IMG/VR virus record: IMGVR_UViG_3300037313_001261
Coordinates: 783 to 64,782 of that record
DNA: 64,000 nucleotides
Direction: 5' to 3' (one strand)
Source: a virus
Below, piece by piece: positions 57,026-64,000 of the stretch. The notes beneath the pieces are model-generated. The model made no database searches. It saw only the letters and a program-made list of their open reading frames with translations, and was not told the DNA's origin. Numbering within the stretch: position 1 is the first letter of the stretch; each line of letters begins with the position of its first letter. A program made the position numbers and the translations under genes.

Positions 57026-58120
57026 GTGGCTAACAACGCACTTGCACTCAACAACGGCGGCCAGCTGCCCGCGCTGGCCCGCGACTTCCTCGACGCCAAC
57101 AACGAGCTCGGCGGCGGCATCTCGTCCGGCTTTGCCGTGTTCTCGTTCCGCGGCAAGGTCTGGCGCGTCAAGCACAAGGGCGAGGAGCACATCCTCGAGC
57201 GCGACATCGACGGCCACCGCCAGCCGGTGCCGTTCGTCGATCTCGTCATCGTCAAGGCGCCCGACCATCTCTCGAAGGTGTTCTACAAGTCGGGCTACCA
57301 GGAGGGCTCGTCGGCCCCGCCCGACTGCTACTCCACCAACGGCACCGTGCCGGCCAACGACAGCCCGGAGAAGCAGCACGCCTCGTGCGTCGCCTGCCCG
57401 TGGAACAAGTTCGGCTCGCGCGTGTCGGACAACGGCTCCAAGGGCAAGCGCTGTGCCGATGCCAAGCGCCTCGCCGTGATCCCGGCCAACGACCTCGACG
57501 GTGAGATCTGGGGCGGGCCGATGCTGCTGCGCGTGCCTGCTGCGTCCTTGCGGGCGCTCGACATGCTCAACCGGATGGTCAAGGCGGCGCATGTGCCGTA
57601 CTTCGCCGTCGTGGTGCGGATCTCGTTCGACGTCCAGAAGGCGCATCCGGAGTTCGTCATCCAGGCGCTGCGCTACCTCACCGACGACGAGTTCGCCAAG
57701 GTGCTGAAGTGGCGTGACGACGAAGCCACCCAGCGCATCCTCGACGAAGTGCTGACCGAGGAGTACGGCGCGGGCGTTACCGACCCGGGTAATGGACTGG
57801 CCGGCACCCCGCCGGCGGGCGCCACCGTGGGCGTGACCGGCGGTCTGACACAGCAGCCGGTGGCCCCCAAGCCGTCGCTGTCGCAGCGCGCCGCCGCCTC
57901 CGTGCAGCGCCCCGCGCCCACCACCGCAGCGCCCAAGCCCGCCACGCCGAAGCCCGATGTCAAGCCGGCTCCGAGCGAGACACAGCCCGCCGACCTCGCG
58001 GCCGACGACACCACCGACGCCGAGTACACCGAGGTCAGTCAAAACGAGGCTGAAACCGAGGCGGTTCAGGCGACCGGCGTGGACGCGTTCGACGACACGC
58101 TCGATGCTCTGCTGAAATAA
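57026..58120 (+). CDS. Putative ssDNA-binding / annealing protein
   Basis: PPDCYS...CVACPWN...KRC...LRVPAASL, low-complexity linker and acidic C-terminal tail, in the replication module. Confidence 0.55.
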   Translation: MANNALALNNGGQLPALARDFLDANNELGGGISSGFAVFSFRGKVWRVKHKGEEHILERDIDGHRQPVPFVDLVIVKAPDHLSKVFYKSGYQEGSSAPPDCYSTNGTVPANDSPEKQHASCVACPWNKFGSRVSDNGSKGKRCADAKRLAVIPANDLDGEIWGGPMLLRVPAASLRALDMLNRMVKAAHVPYFAVVVRISFDVQKAHPEFVIQALRYLTDDEFAKVLKWRDDEATQRILDEVLTEEYGAGVTDPGNGLAGTPPAGATVGVTGGLTQQPVAPKPSLSQRAAASVQRPAPTTAAPKPATPKPDVKPAPSETQPADLAADDTTDAEYTEVSQNEAETEAVQATGVDAFDDTLDALLK

Positions 58121-58185
58121 GCGCAGAGCCGCAGGGGGCGTGGTATAAGCCTCGCCCCCTTTCCACCAAAGCCAAGGGTAACACC

Positions 58186-61143
58186 ATGCTCGATCCAACG
58201 CGCACCTATCTTGAGGCGGTGCTGCCGTGGCCACCACACGGCGATCCGAACGCGTACTTCAATCTGCACTGGCCGACCACCGATCTCAAGACGCAAGGGC
58301 CCGATGCCGGCCGCCCGTTCTGGGATGCCCGCGCCTGCACCAGCGTCGAGGAGATGCTGCAGCTGATCCAGGCGCTCAACCAAGGCCGCTTCAAGAAGGC
58401 GGCGGGCGACGTCTATGTGTGCATGTCCTCGCAGCGCATCATGGAGGTGAAAACCTACAATGGTCGGGATTACCGCGTCGGTAAGAAATCGCAGGGCGGC
58501 GTGGTGCAGCTGCGCTCGCTGTTTCTCGATATCGACGTCAAGGCCGACAAGGGCTACGCCAGCCAGCGTGACGCCCTGCTGGCCCTGAAAGAGTTCCGCA
58601 CCGCGGTCGGCTTGCCGGCCCCGACGCTGCACGTGTCGTCCGGCACCGGCGGCATCCACGCCTATTGGGTGCTCAGCGAGTGCCTGACGCGCGAGGAGTG
58701 GCAGCCGCTCGCCAATGCGCTCGCCGCCGCGGCGCGCCAGCACGGCTTGAAATTCGACAGCCAGTGCACGATCGACTCGGCCCGCGTTCTGCGCGTGCCC
58801 GGCACCCGCAACACCAAGCCCGGTGGCACCCAGGTGCAGATCCTCGGCGGCGTCGGCGACCAACTCAGCGTCACCGACGCGCACCAGATCCTGGCCCCGT
58901 TCAAGGGTCTTACCCACCTCGGTAACACCCCGGCGTCGCTGGGGATCGACGGCCAGGCACCGACGCTGGCGGTGCTCAACGCTGGCGCCAACCGGGAGCT
59001 CGGGGCCGGGGTTGAGCGCGAGAGCCGCCCGGTCATCCTGCCGACCGTGGCCCCCGACTGCGCCTTCTTTGCCGACGCCTACGCCACCGGCGGCGCGGCC
59101 CACGACAACCCGCTGTGGAACCTCGCCGTGCTGGCAACCACGTTCGCCGAGGATGGGCTCGCCCAGGCGCACGCGCTCTCCAAGGGCCACCCCGATTATG
59201 ACCCCGCCGCCGTTGAGGCCCTCTACGCGCGAAAGGTGAAGGAACGTGAAACTAATCCCGCAATTGGTTGGCCGTCGTGTCAGTCCATATCGCTTACGGG
59301 CTGTGCGTCGTGCGCGACATGCCCGCATTTCTCTGCCGGCAAAAGCCCGCTCCATTTTGCGAAAAGGGCCAACCTCCCTTTTAGCCAGCAGGACCCCGAC
59401 CTCCCCGACCGCGCCGGCAACGGAGCCCTTTACGCTCGCGGCGCTGACGGCCGGATCTGGGTTATTGATCCGGAGGCCGAGCCCGGGGAACCTGATCGGT
59501 TCCTGGTCTGTGAGTATCCACTGACCGACGGCTGGCTGCAGGACAATCCGTGGACGCTCCATTTCGCTACCCGCGTGGGTAACCGGAAGGCCACGGTGCA
59601 GCTCGCCACGCCCGAGCTGCAGGGGCGCGACTGGACCAAGCTCCTCGCCCAGCAGGGCGTGGATATTCCACTCCACCACCGCACACACCTACAGGGATTT
59701 CTCGTGGCCTGGATCAACAAACTCAAGTCAACGCCCGGCGGCGTTGTCTCGACCAACCCCTATGGCTGGGTGTTGGACGAGAACCAAATCGTCGGCTTCT
59801 CCTATGGCGGCGTGGTGCACACGCCGACCGGCACCCGCCCGACCGCGTCGGCTGACCCGGTGATCGAGCGCCAGTACCGCCCCAAGGGTGACATCACGCC
59901 GTGGAAAGAGGCGGCGACGATGATTACCGACCAGGGTAGGCCGGCGCTCGAAGCGATCCTGGCGTGCGCGTTCGGCGCGCCGCTGATGCGCTTTACCGGC
60001 GAGAACGGCGTCATCGTCTCGGCCTACTCGAAGGAGTCCGGCATCGGCAAGTCGACCGCGATCAAGGTCGCCCAGTCGGTGTGGGGCGACCCGATCAAGG
60101 CGGTGCAGTCGCTCACCGACACCAACAACTCGGTCATCGGCAAGGTCGGCGTGCTGCGCTCGCTGCCGATGTTCTGGGACGAGATGAAGGGCAACGAGCA
60201 GGCGTCGAAGTTCGTCGACATCGCCTTCAACGTCACCCAGGGCAAAGAAAAGTCGCGCATGACGGCCAATGTGACCCAGCGTGACCCCGGTGTGTGGCAG
60301 ACCCTGTTGCTGGCGGCGTCGAACGACAGCCTAGCTGAGGTCGTGGCGCGGCAGTCCCGCTCGGCGGCGGGGCATTACCGCGTACTCGAGTTTGTGGTCG
60401 AGCCGGCGCTGACCCAGACCGCCGTGGCGTCCGACGTGGCGCGCATGGTTCTCAAGCTGCACGATAACTTCGGACAGCCGGGACTGGTCTTCGCGGACTA
60501 CCTCGGCGCGAACTTTGAAGACATCGACAGCGCGGTGGGCACGATGCAGCGGCATATTGCGGCCTCCTTGAACACCACCCCGGATGAACGCTTCTGGGTG
60601 GCGGGTGTTGCGGCGATGCTGGTCGGTGCTGAGATCGCCAACGACCTTGGCCTTACAGCCTTTAACATCGAAGATCTAGCTCAGTTCCTGCTGAAAACGG
60701 TCGAAACCATGCGGGAACAGTTAACCATGCAGTCGATCGACCTGTCGAGGGCGACCTCGATCGAGGACATCCTGGCGCAGTATTTGAAGGATGTCCGCGC
60801 CACCAACTACCTCGAGACCAACAAGATCCACTCGGGCAAGGGCAAGCCCGCCGGCGGCTCGATCACGCCGCAGAACGACACCTCGCGGCTGCAGGCGGTC
60901 AACGTCCAGCTCGGCAAGGAGGACAACCTGCTGCGGTTCTCGCAGAGCCACTTCTCGAAGTGGATCGTCGACAACCGGATGGGCTCGGTCGCCAACATCA
61001 CCGGCGCCATGAAGGCGCAATGGGGCATGACGGCCAAGAACGCCAGCCTCGGCTCGGGCACGATCTTTGCCACCAACATGAAGGAGTGGCTGTGGGAGAT
61101 CGACCTGACCAAGATCCACCCGGTTACCGACGGGGGTAAGTGA
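58186..61143 (+). CDS. Primase-helicase (RepB-like primase + DUF927-type helicase)
   Basis: LDID, SSGTGGIHAYW, RVLRVPGTRN, Cys cluster CASCATC, SGIGKST and WDE. Confidence 0.8.
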   Translation: MLDPTRTYLEAVLPWPPHGDPNAYFNLHWPTTDLKTQGPDAGRPFWDARACTSVEEMLQLIQALNQGRFKKAAGDVYVCMSSQRIMEVKTYNGRDYRVGKKSQGGVVQLRSLFLDIDVKADKGYASQRDALLALKEFRTAVGLPAPTLHVSSGTGGIHAYWVLSECLTREEWQPLANALAAAARQHGLKFDSQCTIDSARVLRVPGTRNTKPGGTQVQILGGVGDQLSVTDAHQILAPFKGLTHLGNTPASLGIDGQAPTLAVLNAGANRELGAGVERESRPVILPTVAPDCAFFADAYATGGAAHDNPLWNLAVLATTFAEDGLAQAHALSKGHPDYDPAAVEALYARKVKERETNPAIGWPSCQSISLTGCASCATCPHFSAGKSPLHFAKRANLPFSQQDPDLPDRAGNGALYARGADGRIWVIDPEAEPGEPDRFLVCEYPLTDGWLQDNPWTLHFATRVGNRKATVQLATPELQGRDWTKLLAQQGVDIPLHHRTHLQGFLVAWINKLKSTPGGVVSTNPYGWVLDENQIVGFSYGGVVHTPTGTRPTASADPVIERQYRPKGDITPWKEAATMITDQGRPALEAILACAFGAPLMRFTGENGVIVSAYSKESGIGKSTAIKVAQSVWGDPIKAVQSLTDTNNSVIGKVGVLRSLPMFWDEMKGNEQASKFVDIAFNVTQGKEKSRMTANVTQRDPGVWQTLLLAASNDSLAEVVARQSRSAAGHYRVLEFVVEPALTQTAVASDVARMVLKLHDNFGQPGLVFADYLGANFEDIDSAVGTMQRHIAASLNTTPDERFWVAGVAAMLVGAEIANDLGLTAFNIEDLAQFLLKTVETMREQLTMQSIDLSRATSIEDILAQYLKDVRATNYLETNKIHSGKGKPAGGSITPQNDTSRLQAVNVQLGKEDNLLRFSQSHFSKWIVDNRMGSVANITGAMKAQWGMTAKNASLGSGTIFATNMKEWLWEIDLTKIHPVTDGGK

Positions 61144-62129
61144 TGACCAGCCTGGCTCAGTTGATTGTTGAGTGGGACACCACCAAGCTCAAGAATATGT
61201 CGGAACAGGCGCAGATCGCCATCAACAACACCCGTGCCGCCCTGGGTGGTTTTGGTGGCGGCACCCGCCGGTTGCTTGAAAACCTGCCGCCGGTGCAGGC
61301 AGAGAAGTTCGTGTTTCAGCAGGACGTCTTCACCGTGGTCGACGGGCTCATCAAAGGCGGGCACGTCGACTATGGCATGATGGTCCAGACGCTGCGACTG
61401 CCGCTCGATTTCTTCTGGATGGAGTGGCCGGACACCAGCGAGGTTGCACAAGGGTTCACCGGCCGCCAGGGCGTCCTGGTCGACGCCACCATGGTCGGCC
61501 AGACCGAGGGCATCCGGGACGTGTTTGACCCCGAGTGCCCGATCCTGATCTACCATTGGGCGTCGCGGGGCGACGAGCCCATGCCGTTGTCGGTGGTGAA
61601 CCTGCCGGCTTATCCGCTCATCCCAGGCCGGCAATATTTCCATATCCCGAACTGGACCTTGGTGCAGGAGCTCAACCCGCCGTTCGTGGATGCGAAAGCC
61701 GAATCTGAGCGCATGATGGATGAACTGCAGTGGCGGTGGGAGGCGGCGCTGTTTCTGCTCTGCACGCCACGGGTCTCGGAGCTGCGGGATGTTACCTTTG
61801 CGGGTAAGCTGCAGAAGGCGCGGCAGCGGCGCAACAAGCCACCGCTGCTGGAATACAAGCAGGTCTCCCTCACGGTGGGCGTTGGCACCCCGACCTATGC
61901 CCGGTCCTCGACCGGGCTGGGCAACGGTGGCGATCCCGAGGTCTACCACAAACGGCTGCATCAGGTGATGGGCCATTTCCGCACCTACACCAAGGACCGC
62001 GAGACCCCGCACATCGCCTGGGTGCCGCCGCACTGGCGTGGCGACCCGGAGCTTGGCGTCGTCCTGCACCATCGCAATGTGAAGCTGCCCACCCCCAAGC
62101 CCCGGCCAATGTTAGAGGACCAACGGTGA
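61143..62129 (+). CDS. Hypothetical conserved phage protein
   Basis: C-terminal HQVMGHFR...WVPPHWRGDPELG motif. Confidence 0.7.
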   Translation: MTSLAQLIVEWDTTKLKNMSEQAQIAINNTRAALGGFGGGTRRLLENLPPVQAEKFVFQQDVFTVVDGLIKGGHVDYGMMVQTLRLPLDFFWMEWPDTSEVAQGFTGRQGVLVDATMVGQTEGIRDVFDPECPILIYHWASRGDEPMPLSVVNLPAYPLIPGRQYFHIPNWTLVQELNPPFVDAKAESERMMDELQWRWEAALFLLCTPRVSELRDVTFAGKLQKARQRRNKPPLLEYKQVSLTVGVGTPTYARSSTGLGNGGDPEVYHKRLHQVMGHFRTYTKDRETPHIAWVPPHWRGDPELGVVLHHRNVKLPTPKPRPMLEDQR

Positions 62130-62521
62130 TGAGCCTGGACAAACGCATCGAGGCCCACGGCAAGGACTGTCCGTGGTGCGGCAGGCGCATGGACCGGATG
62201 AACCCCCGGGCCATGCCCACCCGTGATCACCTGTTCCCGAAGTCGCTCATCGTGTATCGCCCGGGGCCGCACGGTTGGACGCCCCAGGCGGTGCCGATCG
62301 CCATCACCTGCGCCACGTGCAACGGCGACAAGGGTGACTTCTTTCTCGGCGAGTGGCTCGCCCGGCTGGAGCGCATTGCGGATCCGCGCGCGGCCCGCAT
62401 CCGGCAGTGGATGGCCGACAACCCCGAGCTGGTGATGTGGGCCGAGCGGCTCGAGTCTGAATGGGTCGAGCGGCAGCGCCAGAAGCACCAGTTCTTAGAG
62501 ACCCCGGCCGTGGTCTGCTGA
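62129..62521 (+). CDS. HNH endonuclease
   Basis: CPWC...TRDHLFPKS...CATCNGDKG. Confidence 0.75.
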   Translation: MSLDKRIEAHGKDCPWCGRRMDRMNPRAMPTRDHLFPKSLIVYRPGPHGWTPQAVPIAITCATCNGDKGDFFLGEWLARLERIADPRAARIRQWMADNPELVMWAERLESEWVERQRQKHQFLETPAVVC

Positions 62522-62626
62522 CCACGGTTACGGGTGGGGAATGCGGTGGGGAAGAAGCCCGCAAACGCCGGTTTCCCCTCCGGAGTATGGCGGAGCGTCC
62601 GAGACTCGAAACGTAGGAGGAAAAAC

Positions 62627-62842
62627 ATGAATAACTGGCAACCGATGGACACGGCTCCCAAGGATGGGACGCAGATCCTTATCTACACCGGAGACGCGAT
62701 TGAACCGACGATCTTCCTTGCGGGGTATGACGCGGATACCACCTATCGAGGCTGGTACGACGATGGCGGCTCGCACATCTCCATGATTACGCACTGGATG
62801 CCGCTTCCAGCCCCGCCCGAGCGCGGTAACCCGTCCGTCTGA
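62627..62842 (+). CDS. DUF551-like protein
   Basis: WQPMDTAPKDG...THWMPLPAPP, AGGAGG RBS. Confidence 0.75.
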   Translation: MNNWQPMDTAPKDGTQILIYTGDAIEPTIFLAGYDADTTYRGWYDDGGSHISMITHWMPLPAPPERGNPSV

Positions 62843-62886
62843 TATGGATGCGCGTCCGTCCGCCATACCAGCAAACAGGAGGGATT

Positions 62887-63105
62887 ATGATCAAGGTCGT
62901 GCGTGAGCCGGAAGAGGAGACGCGGAATTGGGGCGCTCTGGAACAATGCTGCTTCTGCTGGAAGCGCACCCCGTTCTGGTATGAGCCCAAGGATGTCGCG
63001 GTCTGTCCTGAGTGTGCCGAGACGCACAAGGCCAAGGACGTTCCGAAGAAAGAAATCTGGTGCGAACAAGCGGCGGCACGGCCTGAAAACCGGCGCGTGG
63101 TTTAG
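62887..63105 (+). CDS. Small Cys-rich hypothetical protein
   Basis: CCFC...CPEC, AGGAGG RBS. Confidence 0.6.
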   Translation: MIKVVREPEEETRNWGALEQCCFCWKRTPFWYEPKDVAVCPECAETHKAKDVPKKEIWCEQAAARPENRRVV

Positions 63106-63136
63106 GTAGCGATAAGCCGGCGTTATCGCTACCTAA
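63102..63136. terminator. Hairpin between convergent arms (probable bidirectional terminator)
   Basis: ttaggtagcgataa-gccggcg-ttatcgctacctaa, 14-bp perfect stem. Confidence 0.65.
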
Positions 63137-63223
63137 CCCGAAACGGGAAATCCCGTATCGGTGAGCGGAGTAAAGCCCCCGCTCACTTCCGTTACCCGGC
63201 AGGTAACCCCGGAAATCAATCGC

Positions 63224-63469
63224 TTACACCTTGCCGTCGCGCCAGCCCCGGTTGCGTGCGGCGGTGATCACCCGCAGGTTCGACTTCGCGTTCGAGCCGC
63301 CCTTGATCAGCATGTGCTTGTGGTCGACCTCCATGCCGTCGCCCTTGTGCACCTTGCCCTCTTTCGCCATCTCGCGCCGCGCCTGGTTGCGCAAGCTCCG
63401 GTTATGGATCTGCTCCGGTGTGCCCTGGTAGTCGCGGTACTCTTTCTTGTAGTCGCGGTGGCGCGTCAT
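63224..63469 (-). CDS. Small HNH endonuclease
   Basis: EVDHKHMLIKGGSNAKSNLRVITAARNR. Confidence 0.75.
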   Translation of the reverse strand: MTRHRDYKKEYRDYQGTPEQIHNRSLRNQARREMAKEGKVHKGDGMEVDHKHMLIKGGSNAKSNLRVITAARNRGWRDGKV

Positions 63470-63747
63470 TTGCCCCCCTTGAGCGTCGCCCGGTTGGTCT
63501 TCTTCGAGTAGCTGTAGTCGGACGGCTTGTGCTTGTTACCGCCATAGGTAACGGCACGGTCGATGGCCCGCCCCGCCGCCCCCATCGCGCCGCGCTTCAC
63601 GCCCTTGGCGGTCGCCTCGGCGGTGCCGGGCTTGAGGTTGCCCGACGCCTGCAGCTTCTTGGTGGCGACCGCCGCCGCCTCACCCGGGCTCATGCCCTTT
63701 GCGCGCAGCTGGCCCTCCAGGCGCGAGAGAATCTTGGGCTTGCTCAC
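63466..63747 (-). CDS. Hypothetical basic protein
   Basis: GTG start overlapping the upstream stop. Confidence 0.6.
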   Translation of the reverse strand: MSKPKILSRLEGQLRAKGMSPGEAAAVATKKLQASGNLKPGTAEATAKGVKRGAMGAAGRAIDRAVTYGGNKHKPSDYSYSKKTNRATLKGGK

Positions 63748-64000
63748 TGGCTCAACTCCTTGCGCCGCTCGCGGTCGATCGACTTGACGTAGACCCGCTG
63801 GCCGGGTTTGGCGGTGCGGTTGTAGGCGCGGATGCGGCTCATCACCTTGGCGCGTTCCCCGGCAGTGCCGGCGTCGCGGTAGGCGGCGTAGAGCGCGTTC
63901 TTGGCGTCCTTGGCGGCAGCGTGCTCGCGGATTTTGCGGCTGGTCTCCTCCGCCTTCTCGGCCTGGGCCCCGGTCTTGAAGCCAACCGCGTTGGTCAGTG
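63744..64000 (-). CDS. 3' end of a gene entering from the right edge (possibly the C-terminus of the giant virion protein)
   Basis: Open frame ...LTNAVGFKTGAQAEKAEE...RERRKELSQ*. Confidence 0.55.
   Translation of the reverse strand, partial: LTNAVGFKTGAQAEKAEETSRKIREHAAAKDAKNALYAAYRDAGTAGERAKVMSRIRAYNRTAKPGQRVYVKSIDRERRKELSQ

Larger units (their letters stand above)
1264..63551. repeat. Dispersed palindromic motif TTACC-N5/6-GGTAA (about 65 or more copies)
   Basis: Read directly at e.g. 1264, 2166, 2979, 3918, 4483, 5122, 6429, 7344, 8043, 8876, 10007, 11721, 13047, 14767, 16062, 18647, 20360, 22329, 24214, 26736, 28719, 29684, 33000, 36242, 39171, 42204, 45959, 51096, 54812, 57777, 61124 and 63536. 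Confidence 0.95.

Noticed and set aside
1264-63551. Reading the motif as a CtrA box, LexA box or restriction site
   Set aside because: CtrA (TTAA-N7-TTAA) and alphaproteobacterial LexA (GTTC-N7-GTTC) are direct repeats with other sequences. Restriction sites are normally depleted in phages and have fixed spacers.

Overview
The window covers most of a GC-rich (~65%) tailed dsDNA phage genome with podovirus-like organisation. An alphaproteobacterial or other soil host is plausible but not provable from sequence. From 1 to 29.2 kb the minus strand carries the virion genes: a giant ejected polyvalent protein that runs off the left edge, internal virion proteins, tail proteins, a lysis cassette, GH16 and PL7 enzyme-bearing fibres, capsid, scaffold and portal. 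The terminase pair (29.2-31.3 kb) is on the opposite strand. A leftward cluster of small genes (31.4-34.9 kb) includes Tad1-like and Tad2-like anti-defence candidates, followed by a 1.4 kb non-coding control or origin region. The plus strand from 36.3 to 63.1 kb carries early genes and replication genes (AAA ATPase, metallopeptidase-VWA, PolA, Cas4-like nuclease, VRR-NUC, SNF2 helicase, primase-helicase). No integrase, RNA polymerase, tRNA or CRISPR array was recognised. Two signals stand out. First, the palindrome TTACC-N5/6-GGTAA occurs about 65 or more times (manual count), roughly once per kb genome-wide, both inside CDSs and at gene junctions. Second, about 17 small paralogous genes share conserved ends (MRLADLxW ... 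LxxLEAQCLLNxYLEG) around unrelated middles, are joined by a repeat carrying that palindrome, and surround an AAA-ATPase / VWA-metallopeptidase pair.
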